A stretch of DNA of 64,000 nucleotides from Mobula hypostoma (taxonomy: Eukaryota). The DNA is taken from positions 94,242,001 to 94,306,000 of the forward strand of contig NC_086107.1 of NCBI RefSeq assembly GCF_963921235.1, read 5' to 3'. The position numbers and the translations under genes were made by a program. This document shows, one piece after another, positions 38,301 through 50,100 of the stretch. A model generated the notes under the pieces. It did no database searches, was not told the origin of the DNA, and was given only the letters and a program-made list of their open reading frames with translations. Each line of letters starts with the position of its first letter. Position 1 is the first letter of the stretch.

Positions 38301-39665
38301 CTCCACTCCCAGCTAAAGAAATTCCTCCTCATCTGTGTTCTAAAGATACGTCCTTCTGTTCTGAGGCTCCGTTTTCCAGTTCTGGGCTCTCCTACTACAG
38401 GAAATATCCTTGCTATCCACTCTATCCAGGCCTTTCAATATTCAGTAGGATTTAATGAAATTCCCTACTCCCTCTTCATTCTTCTAAACTTCAGAGCTAT
38501 CAAATGCTTTTCATGCATTAATCCTTTTGTTCCCAGGATCATCACCTGGGATACAACCTTAAAATGTCACCATCCTAGCTAAAGGAGATACTGTAACGGA
38601 AACCAGACTTGTACTGCTTCTTGTTATTCAGTGATCTTTGCTGGAGGTGCTTGTGGATGGACATCAGGAGTGAACAGAACTGGATTTTGATGTGTTTCTC
38701 AGTAGCCTGGTTGCACTTACCATATAAACTCCTGCATGAATAACAACAGTACAGCAAGGTTCTGGAGTGCTGCCAGTGCATGTGAAGCCAAATCCCAGTA
38801 ACACCGAACTAAAGTATGGAAGCTCTGACAAAGCAAGGGTTACGACAAGGTCCAGACAAGCATAGTGTGCAGTCAGCCCAGGGAAGGTTTTGAAGAGCAT
38901 AGTTTCCCTTTGCACTGCAGGGAACTGCAGCCATTTGGCTTTTGGAGACAGGGTAAGAAATGTGAGGGCAGGATTTAAGTCGCACACACCAACTAAAGGA
39001 CAATACTTTACTAAGTAGTCTGAAAATCTGCCTGAGTAGAGCCACAACAATCTCTTACTCAATGTAAGACCAAGGAGCTGATTATTGACTTCAGGAGGAG
39101 GGAACTGGAAGTCCATGCGCCAGTCCTGATCAGGGGATCAGAGGTGGAGAGGGTCAGCAACCTTAAATTCTTCGAAGTTATTATTTCAGAGGACTTACCC
39201 TGAGCCCAATACAGAAGTACAATCATGAGGAAAGCACTGCAATACCTCTACTTCCTTAGGATTTGCAAAGAATCGGCATGACATCTAAAACTTTGACAAA
39301 TTTCAATAGATGTATGGAGGAGAGTAACGTTCACTGGCTGCATCACAGCCTGGTATGGAAAGACCAAAGAAAGCCTTTGAACAGAAAAAAAACCCAAAAA
39401 GTAAGGGATACAGCACAGTCCATCACGGTAAAGCGTTCCCTACCACCGAGCACATCTACACAGAGTGTTGTCACAGGGAAGCATCATCATCAGCAACCCC
39501 ACCACCCAGGACATGCTCTTTTCTCACAGTGGCCATCAGAAAGAAGGTACAGGAGCCTCAGGACTCACACCACAAGGTTCAAGAACAGTTTTACCCCTCA
39601 ACCATTAGGCTCTTGAACCAAAGATGGTAACTTCACTTGCCCTATCAGTGAAATGCTCACACAAC

Positions 39666-39702
<37 letters not shown>
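39666..39702. repeat. (TA)n(CA)n microsatellite at the Tc1 insertion site
   Basis: Direct reading. Confidence 0.95.
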
Positions 39703-41033
39703 GTTGCACAAAAAGTTTGTGAACCCTTTGCAATTACCTGGTTATCTACATCAATTACTCATAATATGTCGTCTGATCTTCATCTAAATCACAATAATAA
39801 GCCAACACAATCTGCCTAAACTAACAACATACAAACAATAGTCTGTTTCATGTCCTTATTGAACACATTGTTTAATCCAGGCTTGAAAAAGTACATGAAC
39901 CCTTGTTTTTAATAACTGGTAGGACCTCCTATAGCAGCAATAACCTCCACCAAACGTTTCCTGTAACTGCTGATCGGATTTGCACAACTGCAAAGAGGCA
40001 TTTTAGAGCATTTCAAATTCATCAATATTTCTGGGATACCTTGCATAACAGCCCTCTTTAGGTCATGCTACAGTATCCCAATTGGATTAAGGTCTGGAGT
40101 CTAACCTGGCCATTCCAAAACACAAATTTTCTTCTTTTTAAAACATTCTATTGTTGATTTACTCATGTTTCGGATTATAGTCTTGTTGCATTATCCAACT
40201 TCTATTAAACTTCAGGTGATGGACCAAGACCTGACAATCTCCTGTAAACTGTCTTGATACAATTTTGAATTCATTGTTCCCTCAGTGATTGCAATCTGTC
40301 CAGACCCTGAGGCAGCAAAGCAGCCCCAAACCATGGTGCTCCTTCCACCATTCTTCACAGTTGAGATGAGGGTTTTGGTGTTGGTGTGCAGTGCCCTTTT
40401 TCCCTCCAAACATAGCAAAGTACATTTCTGCCAAAAAGCTCAACTTTTGTTTCATCTGTCCACAGAACATTGTCCCAGAAGCATTGTGGAACATCCAGAT
40501 GGTCTTTTGCAAACTCAAGAGGTGCAGCAATGTTGTTTTTGGAGTAGTGGTTTCCTCAGTGGTGTCCTTCCATAAACACCACGCTTGTTCAGTGTTTTTC
40601 TTATAGTGGTCACATGAACAAAGACTTCAGAATCAGAATCAAGTTTATTATCGCCAGCATGTGACAAGTTCCAGAGATCTCTGCAGGTCCCTTGGGTTTT
40701 TTTTTCATCTCCTTCAGGATTCATTGATTGGAACACCTGACTCCAAATAGTTTTTGCAGAAGGCATTACACCACAGGTTCAAGCAACACACATCAAAGTT
40801 GCTGGTAAACGCAGCAGGCCAGGCAGCATCTGTAGGAAGAGGTGCTTCTGAAACTAGACTATAATTGTTTAAATAGTGTACTCAGTATTGATGAAAAGGA
40901 ATACAATTGTTTGTGTTATTAGTTTAGGCAGATTCTGTTTATTATTGTGACTTGAAGATCAAACCACATTTTTTGAGTAATTAATGCTGAAAAACATAAT
41001 TGCAAAGGGTTCACAAACTTTTTCTTGCAACTA
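39701..41033 (-). mobile_element. Tc1-family transposon, degenerate
   Basis: TIRs CAGTTGCACAAAAAGTTTGTGAACCCTTTGCAATT / AATTGCAAAGGGTTCACAAACTTTTTCTTGCAACTA|TA; fragments TVKNGGRSTMVWGCFAASGSG and TTIRKTLNKRGVYGRTPLRKPLL. Confidence 0.9.
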
Positions 41034-41380
41034 TACTTTGATAATAAACTTACTTTGAACTTTGAAGTACTGTCACTTGTCAGCTTGTACTTTCCATTGA
41101 CTTTTAACATCTGTATTGCCCTGGGTGATTGATCTTGCAAATCTGAACCTACAAGGTTACCAATTGCTCAAAATCTAAAACCACTCGTCAATTTTGTATG
41201 AAATTGACATTTCTCTGTACTGACTTCAGAACAGTTTGGTGACGGGTGGCCATGCTGTCCTCGTGCAGAAATGAAATATGTCTGAGGTAAGAGTGCAAGT
41301 TTTCAGAGTCCAGTTAATCGGCAACGACACAAGGGGTTTTGAGGGGCATGGAGGGAGTTAGAAATAATCATTCTTTCTAC

Positions 41381-41533
41381 CTTTCTGCCAGCTCCACGTG
41401 GGCCTGCTTCCCTGCATACTCATCAGCCGTCCGTGTGAGCTCCTTTGTGATTACCAGCTGAGAGGTATCGATCCGATTACACAGCAAGTCGGAGATAACG
41501 TCCTTTGCATGTTCCACAGCTCCTCTTGGATCC
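41381..41533 (-). CDS. POLD1: POLD1 exon (equivalent to exon 21), 153 nt
   Basis: ccaacag|exon|gtagaa; (R)[50 protein letters not shown](R); phase 2/2. Confidence 0.98.
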
Positions 41534-41789
41534 CTGTTGGACAATACAAACATTGTCACTGAGGTTTAGGTAGGTAGGCTGCTTCTGACCAACTTTTGGC
41601 ACATTTGCCACTATGTCACCTTCACCTGACGGTCTCTGCAAGACAGAAAAATTTCTGTTCATCGGCAGGTATGGCAAGGTTAGGAGAAAGAAGCAGCACA
41701 AACCCAGAGGCCAGAAGCTGCCTCTCAGGTAGAACACAGAATTCCCAATCTCCTAGAGCAGCAGGTCTCCTCAGAACTTTGCATCTAAT

Positions 41790-42165
41790 TGGAAATGCAA
41801 GAGATTCAGCTGGAAATCCAGAGCAAAAACTCAATGCAGGAACTCAACAGGTCAGGCAGCATCTGTGGAAAGGAATAAAGTGTCAATGTTTCGGATGAGA
41901 CGCTTCATCAGGACAGGAAAAGAAAAGGGCAGAAGCCAGAATAAGAAGGTAAAGGGTGAGGAAGTATCTTTCTGATAATAATATTAAGACGCTAATTTCC
42001 AGCATCTGCAAAACCATTTCACTCTGAGCCAACACAACATAATAAGTATGATTCAAAATTCGAATCAAAATGCAACAAATGAGACTGTGCCAGTAGCAGT
42101 GAGACCCTGAAGAAGGGTCTCAGCCCAAAACGCCAACTATTTATTCCCCTCCATAGATGTTGTGT
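41790..42165. mobile_element. PLE terminal-repeat fragments in both orientations
   Basis: TGTTTCGGATGAGACGCTTCATCAGG at about 41887-41912 (minus-strand hammerhead-like); CCTGAAGAAGGGTCTCAGCCCAAAACGCC at about 42106-42134. Confidence 0.75.
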
Positions 42166-43149
42166 GTGTAGTTCTTAACCACACCATTCTTAGGTTGGAC
42201 CAATAAGCCTCCCCCAACACATGATCAAAATGTATACCGTGGTTGTGGTGAGAGGTAAACCAAACCCATTGCTCAAGGACACCATCCACAGAGTGCAAGG
42301 CCATCGTGAGCATGGAAACAATAGAGAAATGACTACTTTGTGGATGAGCACAAATCATACAGGGCAGGACAATAGAATCAAAAGGACCAGGTCAGGCTTC
42401 AATTAGTTCATGAATTGTAAGATTAAAAACTAATAAGATTGGTTCCAAACTCTAAAGAGACTTAACAGAGGTAGTGTACCTTAATTATCTCTCTTGGCAC
42501 TGACTTGAATTTCAAGCAACTTTCTCAATAATCTGGAGCACATTAAATGTTACCCTCTCTGCAGCACACTGGCTTTCACAGATTTAGTAAGAACATAGCA
42601 CAGTACAGGCCCTTCAGCCCACAATGTTACGCCAATCTTTTAACCTACTCTAAGATCAATGTAACCTTTCTCCCAACATAGCTCTCCAATTCTTTATCAT
42701 CTGTGCACCTAACTAAGTGTTTTTAAAATTCCCTGCACGTATGCAGCTCTACCACCACCTCCGGCAAGGCATTCTATTCACCCAACACTCTCTGTGTGAA
42801 GAACTTACCTCCGACATCCACCTTGTACTTTCCTTCAATCACCTCTTGTACACCTCTATTAAATCACTTCTCAACCTCCTTCACTCCACAGAGAAAACCT
42901 CAAACTCACTCAACCTATCCTCATAAGACACGTTCTCTAATCCAGGCAACATGCTGGTAAATTTCCTCTGCACCATCTCTAAATGATCCTTCCTATAATG
43001 ATGCAACCAGAACTGAATACAATACTCCCAAGTGTGGTCTAACCGGAGTTTTTACAGAATTGCAAAGTTACCTCGCAGCTCCTGAACTCAAATCCTTGAC
43101 TAATGAAGGCCAACACAATATACATCTGAAAAAGGATCAAATGCTTTTC

Positions 43150-43280
43150 CTGTGTATGTAACGAATAAACTCTTCCTGGGCTTCCAGCTGGGTACAGGTA
43201 TCAATTATGACCAATGTTTCGATGACAAACTCAAGCATCATCCCTGAAGAAGATAGCAGAGTTTGTCATCGAAGCTTCAA
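43150..43280. mobile_element. Second PLE-like terminal-repeat family with a different hammerhead stem II
   Basis: CTGAAGA-A-GATAGCA GAGTT TGTCATC-GAAG at 43244-43274 and an inverted partial copy TGTTTCGATGACAAACTC at 43215-43232. Confidence 0.55.
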
Positions 43281-43409
43281 CAACATACATCTTCTTAACA
43301 ACACTAACAACTTGTGTGGCAATTTTGAGGAATCTATGCACGTGGACACCAAGCCTTTTCTAGATGAGTAAATCCTTCCAAACAGAGACATATAAAGAAT
43401 AAGGAATAT

Positions 43410-44540
43410 ATCAATTTCAGTAACGCATTTGATAAGGTTCCCCATGCAAGGCTCATTCAGAAAGTAATGAGGCATGGGATACAAGGAAACTGCTTTCTGG
43501 ATCCAGAATTGGCTTGCCCGCAAGAAGACAAAGAGTGGTCGTAGAAGGTTTGTATTCTGCACGGAGGACGCTGATCAGTGGTGTACTGCTGGGGATTTGT
43601 TCTGGGACCCCTTTGTGATTTTTATAAATGACCTGGATGAGGAAGTAGAAGGGTGGTAGTAAGTTTGCTGATAACACAAAAGTTAGGGGTGTTGTGGATG
43701 GTCTGGAGGGTTGTCGATAGGATGCAGAATTGGGCTGAGAAGTGGCAGATGGAGTTCAACCTAGATAAGGGTGAAGCGTTCATTTTTGTAGGTCAAATTT
43801 GAAGACAGAATACAATATTAATGGTAAGACTCTTGGCAATGAGGAGGATCAGCGAGATCTTGGGGTCCACATCCATAGGACACTCAAAGCTGCTGTGTAG
43901 GCTGACAGTGTTGTTAAGAAGGCGTATGATGTGTTGGCCTTCATCAACCATGGGAATGAGTTCAAGAGCCGTGAGGTAACGTTCCCTTAGTTAGACTGCA
44001 CTTGGAGTACTGTGTTCAGCTCTGGTCACCTCATTAAAGGAAGGATGTAGATACTATAGCGAGAGTGCAGAAGAGATTTACAAGGATGTTTCCTGGATTG
44101 GAGAGCATGCCTTATGAGAATAGGTTGAGTGAACTTGGCCTTTTCTCCTTGGAGCGGCGGAGGATGAGAGGTGACTTGATAGAGGTGTATAAGATGATGA
44201 GAGGCATTGATCATGTGGATAGCCAGAGGCTTTTTCCCAGGGCCGAAATGGCTAACACAAGGGGGCATATTTTTAAAGTGCTTGGAAGCAGGTACAAGGA
44301 GGATGTCAGAGGTAAGTTCTTCACACAGACAGTGGTGGGTGCATGGGATGCACTGCTAGCGAAGGTGGTAGAGACGGGTACAATAGGGTCTTTTAAGAGA
44401 CTCTTAGATAGGTACATGGAGCTTAGAAAAATAGAGGGTTATGCAATAAGGAAATTCTAGGCAGTGTCTAAAATAGGTTACATGGTCGGCACAGCACTGT
44501 GGGCCAAAAGGCCTGTAATGTGCTGTAGATTTCTATGTTT
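43410..44540 (+). mobile_element. CR1 LINE, 5'-truncated
   Basis: RT motifs (FVIFINDLDE, KFADNTK), C-terminus RRRMRGDLIEVYK and tail TTCTATGTTTCTA. Confidence 0.9.
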
Positions 44541-44570
44541 CTAATAAAAGTAGTTCCTAATAACATTTAC

Positions 44571-44746
44571 CTTTCAATTAGAATCTTCTGAAGACAGGTG
44601 TTGATCAGGTTAGCTACCAATGGACAATTATCTCTTCTGACTGTCTCGATACCCTTGCAATCCATCTTATCGTGGGTGTTTGGGTTGGAGGAGAAGTACA
44701 GACCAGCATAACGTTTCTTGTTGATAAGCAGATAAGGGAAATATAC
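44571..44746 (-). CDS. POLD1: POLD1 exon (equivalent to exon 20), 176 nt
   Basis: ctttcag|exon|gtaaat; [58 protein letters not shown](R) with the KKRY and KG..VRRD motifs; branch-point-like CTAAC on the minus strand at about 44768-44772. Confidence 0.98.
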
Positions 44747-45593
44747 CTGAAAGAAAGATTTTTAAGAGTTAGCTATGACTGTCTTTCCAATAAAAGGGCA
44801 AGTCAAAATAATTTCCTCTAATGAAGTGGGCAAACATATTTTTCTGCAACAAGATCCATTCGTTGACTCTAATTCCATCTTCTTCCTCAGGCTGAACTAG
44901 GGACTTGGATCTGGGGTTCGGGGTCGCAAATAGCTTTGGAGCAATCCTCCCTCCAAGGTGTGGGCATGCATATATCTTTTGCAACTGGAGCACAAAGGGA
45001 CTTAAACTGCACACAAAAGGTTGCTACCTCGCTGGGATGTTAAATATATTTCACGATCATACACAATCATAATCCCTTTTCCGGTTTCTGATACGGATGG
45101 TGTTAACAACTTGGAGTTTGTGATAATTTGTCTGCAGATTTTAGAATTAGCTTATTTATATTGTTTTTATTGAAGAAATTATTCAGTGCGCACGTTCAGA
45201 AATTATTCAGTCGTCACTGGCAAAAAGAATTGCACAGCACAAGATTCTGACACACAGTGGTCATTACAAATTAGGAAGATATCATCCTCCTCCAGTCTAG
45301 TTCTGCCTGAGCACAGTGAACCTGATGACTTTAAGTCAGGTCCAAATCAGGCCTTTCCATTATTGGTCATGTATACAATTTTTTTTTTATAAAACACAGA
45401 GAGCCGTGAGTGTATGGAATATCCTGCCAGGGCAGTCAGAGAGACAGATACATACATTAGGAATATGCAAGAAATCTTAGATTAGCACATAAATGACAGA
45501 AAAATAGAAGGTGCCTTTGTAGGAGGGAAGGATTAGATTGACCTCAGAGAAGTTAAAATGTCGGCACAACATCCAGGGCTGAAGGGTCCATAC

Positions 45594-47366
45594 CAGGGTT
45601 TCTCAACTGGGGTTCCACGGAACCCTAGGGTTTTACAAGAGATCATTTTTTGAACTTCATGCAACACATGACGCTAGCACTCACAGTGATCGAGCAGCCC
45701 CGTTAGCAAACTCGTTAGAGGTCTCTCAGCTGGTATGACCATGTCTATTTGGTTGAGTCCATTCTCAGTTTTTTTTTTATGCGAGATAGGGGAGACCGCT
45801 GATAATTGGTGAGCGCTGTATTGCATGGAGGGGAGGACGGTAGGGTGATAATTTGTGAGTGCTGTATTTCATGGATGGGAGGTCTTAAGGCTGATGAGAA
45901 CCGTGAAGTGCGTTTTCCAAGCATTGAATGGACACGTCCAACTTGGGTTGTGCTGTCAGCCTCTCCCTCCCAAATTACACCCCCCCGCCAACTTTCCCCA
46001 TAAGCGCCAACAAATGACCTATGGAAGCGAGCAAACTCTACCAGTGTAGTAGAAAACTGGAGGGAAATTTTCATTCTAAAATAAGATTTTTTTGCGCGCT
46101 GCGACTCAGCTGCTGGCCTGCCACTTTGCTGTTGTTGTAAACATTGCAAAAGGTGGATCATGTAGGTTAGAAGTGAATTGTATTGTGAAGTTTTTGTATT
46201 TTTTACCATTTTCTCATTTAGTTATTCAATTTATTTAGTTAGTTATTTACTTAGTTAATGCCATTTTTATTATGCAACAAAGGACACAATGGACTGGTGA
46301 TCCAAGTTGTCCTATTCCATTTTGTCTGTGGCAAAACTACATACAAATGCAGCAATGGCTCCAGCAAAATTGAAAAGACACTTAACTATAAATTACAGCC
46401 ATATGGTATGTAAAAGTGCTGATTATTTTAATCTATTGGAATCTCAAAACAAACAGAGTAAAGCTTTTGTTAATTAAAGTCACAGTCAGTAAAAAAGCAT
46501 CAGGAAGCAAGTTACTTAGAAGCAGAAATTATTTCCCCAAAAAATAAAAGTCACACTGTTGGTGAGAACCTAATAATGCCAGCACGTAAAATTATAGTGG
46601 GCAAAATGCTAGGACAAGATGCAATACAAGAAATTAAAAAGGTTTCACTCTCAAATAGTACAGTAAGTTGGCATATTGATGTCATGTCATATGATGCTGA
46701 AGGAGTTCTGTGGGATAAGCTGAAAAAGAACAGCTTCTCTATCCAGGTTGATGAGTCAACAGATTACACCAATAAGTGTCATGTTGTAGCATTTGTAAAA
46801 TTTGTAAATGATGGTGAAATTCATGAAAACTTTTTCTGTTGCAAACAGCTGCCCGAAACAAGCAAAGGCCAAGATATATTTAATGTTTGGTCTCCATATT
46901 TGGAAACAAAAGGCCTGTCTGGAGGAACAGTGTTGGCATCTGTACTGATGGTGCCCCATCAATGGTTGGCTCTATGAGAGGTTTTGTTTCTGTCCGAAAA
47001 AAAAATCCTGCTGTTGTCAGAACATACTGCTTGAACATTGCAAATAAAGTTTTATGATATAAATCGTATTAATTAAAATCAATTTACAACTTTTATTTAA
47101 ATTAAATCTACCAAGCCTACCTTTAGAAAAATAAAAACCTATTTCGGCTTAAGCCAGTTACTTAACAGAAATTTATTATGTTTGCCTTATAAGTTTTTAA
47201 AATTTATGGGAGGGAATGAAAGAGATTAAATTCAAGAAAGGCAAGCTAAGCTTAACTGCCTGAATTTTTCAAGAAAGGTTGGCTAAAAATTCATTCTCTA
47301 CTCACAAACCTGAGAACTTAAAATTATTTCATGGGTTATTTCAAGCCAAAAGGTTGAGAAAGGCTG
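45594..47366 (+). mobile_element. hAT (Charlie/ZBED-like) transposon, deleted, inserted in a CR1 tail
   Basis: TIRs CAGGGTTTCTCAAC / GTTGAGAAAGGCTG; 8-bp TSD GTCCATAC/GTCTATAC; ORF 46576-46977 VSLSNSTV..FSIQVDESTD..IHENFFCCKQLPETSKGQDIF. Confidence 0.92.
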
Positions 47367-48169
47367 GTCTATACTGTTCTGTGATCTTTGTATAATAACA
47401 TTTATAAAATGTGTTTTATTCTATCTTCTGCAACAGGCACCCTACGTCCTGTTTGTACTTCACTCATCTTTACTAACAACATGGTCCCTGTACGCACCCC
47501 GCCAGGCCATTCAGTCCATCATGTCATACCAGACCAAAAGGCAAAACTATTCAGGGTACTCTCATATCTTGAGTCCTTGGCTTGATGATCACTACTCATC
47601 AAAAGGTGAGTAAATGTGATAAGGGGATCTGCTTCCACCACCTTTTAGGATGGAGTTCCAGACCCCTGAGTGAAAAACATTCTCAACTCCAGTTCTTCTG
47701 CTAAAAATTAGTGTATTCTAGTCTTTGACCTCAGCTTAAGAAAATAGGCACATCCTGTTCACCATTTCTACCCTCTGTCTATCTTAATTTTTTTTGAACC
47801 TCAATTCATTCAAGAGAAAACAACTAAGTTAATCTTCTCTCAAATCTCCAACTTGGCATTCTCCTTTTACATTTCACCTGGACAATCTCGAGCACCAGTA
47901 TATCCTTACCCTCTTGATGCGAGTCAGAAAAGTACATAGTCCTCTAGCTGTGGTATCCAGTTAGATTAAATTAGTTTTATTTGTTACCTGTACATCAATA
48001 CATCAAAACATACAGTAAAGTGCGTCACTTGTGCCAAATCAGCGAGGATATGCTGGGCGCAGCCTACAAGTGTCTCCATGCTTCTGGCGCCAACATAGAA
48101 TGCCCAAAAGTGACAACCCTCACCCATACATTCTTAGACTGTTGGAGGAAACTGGAGAACCCGGACAGA

Positions 48170-48990
48170 TCCAAAGTCAAGTCAAGTTTATTGTCATTTA
48201 ACTCTATACATGAGCGCCAGCTAACGAGACAACATTTCTCTGAACCAGGGTGTAAACCACTGTAGTATACACAACACATAATTCACACAATAACTTATGA
48301 AAGCAAAGATGAAACCTACAGATGGATTACACATAAACAAATTAAAGTGCATAAATTAAATACAGTAAGGTACAGAACAGATTAATCAGTGGCACTTTGA
48401 ATGCCTGAGGGAAGAAATTTTCCCATCCTGACCGTTCGTGCTTTTTGGCATCAGATACTCCTGCCTGAGGGTAGAAAGTCAAAGAGAATGCTGGATGGAT
48501 CGGTGGGATCTTTAATAATACCAACGGCCCTGTGTTCACAGTGCTCTTGATAAATGTCCCCGGTGGAAGACTCCATGATGCTCTCAGCCATTCTCACAGT
48601 CCTCTGTAGGGAGTTCTGGTCCGATGCTTGACTGCTCCCATACCAGATGGAGAGGCAACTTGTCAGGATGATCTCAATGGTGCTCCTGTAAAATGCAGTT
48701 AAGATGGGGGTTTGGAGCTTTGCTTTCCTCAATCTGTTTAGGAAGTGGAGACGCTGCTGTCTTCTTGTTCAGGGAAGTGATATTAAGGGACCAGGTGAGG
48801 TCATCCGTGATGTGAACTCCCAGGAACTTGGTGTACTTAACTCTTGCTATGGAGGAGCCATGTATTTGCAGAGGGGGGTGGTTCATCTGCACCTTCCTGA
48901 AGTCCACAATGATTTCCTTGGTCTTCTCCACATTCAAATTTAGGGCTGTTCTTCTCACTCCAAAGCACCAGCCGCTTCACTTCCTCTCTG
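48170..48990 (-). mobile_element. Rex1/Babar-like LINE fragment
   Basis: LNLNVEKTKEIIVDFRK..KFLGVHITDDLTWSLN and FYRSTIEIILTSCLSIWYG. Confidence 0.8.
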
Positions 48991-49299
48991 ACTTTCCTGC
49001 TCTTTTATTTAGTGCCTTTACTAATATAGTCAAGTATGGAGGACACCTTATTATCGTCTACCTGCTCGGGTCCTTTCAGGGATCTGTGGGTATGCCGTTA
49101 AAGAACGTGCTTTGAAAAATTACATCAAGTCATTTGCGATTAACAATTGTGCTGTAACAACTCAGCCCTGAACACTGATTTTACTTTTACTCCTTACTCA
49201 CTCTGCCCTCTCCTTCACCGCATTTTCAAATGTATTAACACTCAGACTTGAATCTAAGGAAGCAGTGATCCATGGAAACCTGTCTGTGCTCTGACAGAA

Positions 49300-49492
49300 G
49301 AGACTCTGAAGATGCTGGAAACCCAGAGTAACACGCACAAATTACTGCAAGATCTCAGCAGGTCAAACAACATCTATGGAAAGGAATAATCAGTCAATGT
49401 TTTGAGCCAAGACCCGTCATTAGTCCCGAAACTTCGACTGTTTCTCTGGTGTTGTCTGACTTGTTGAGTTCCCCCAATATTCTGCGTGTGTT
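49300..49492. mobile_element. Palindromic PLE-derived mini-element, decayed
   Basis: GAGACTCTGAAGATGCTGGAAACC..CAGTCAATGTTTTGAGCCAAGACCC, then inverse CCCGAAACTTCGACTG..GAGTTCCCCCAATATTCTGCGTGTG. Confidence 0.7.
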
Positions 49493-49569
49493 ACGAGCTC
49501 TGACATTGGCATTTAGGCCAACAAAGGCAAAAAGAGGAAAGTTTTGCATACACAGCACATCTGTCAACA

Positions 49570-50100
49570 CCAAGCTGCTTCACTGTCACAGAGAGACTTT
49601 TGATGTGTGAGCACTGTAGTGAAGTGGGAAGTATGGGAGCCAGTTTGCATACTGCATCATTTAACATCAATAAAGTAGCAATTGTTTGGTAGAGGGATAA
49701 ATATAGAACCCAAGGGAGAACTGCCTTATTCATCTTCCAACAACAGTCATAGAGCACTACAGCACAGAAACAGGCCCTTTGGCCCATCTAGTCCTTGCTG
49801 ATTCTGTCTAGTCCTGTCAACCCATATCTGGACCATAGCTCTCTATATCCCTCCCATCAAGGCACTTATCCAAACATCTAAGTGTTGAGATTGAACCCAC
49901 ATCCACCACTTCCACTGGAAGCTTGTTCCACACTCTCGCCACCCTCTGAGTGCTTGGTTCCTTTAAACATTTCATCTTTCACCCTTATTGCCATGTGATT
50001 GTTCTAATCCACTTCTCTTTGACACATTTTGACATCTGCACATAACCACGGCATCTCCAACAATGCAACACCCTCAGTACTGTACTCGGAGCACTACCAT
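49570..50100 (-). mobile_element. Old DeuSINE/SacSINE-like remnant split by a CR1 piece (similar remnants at about 13030-13335 and 37700-38000)
   Basis: GAGGGATAAATAT..GGGAGAACT and GGCATCTCCAACAATGCAACACCCTCAGTACTG resemble the recalled consensus. Confidence 0.45.

Noticed and set aside
43278..43410. Short unassigned block between a PLE remnant and a CR1
   Set aside because: Only weak stems and no ORF or motif; nothing supportable.
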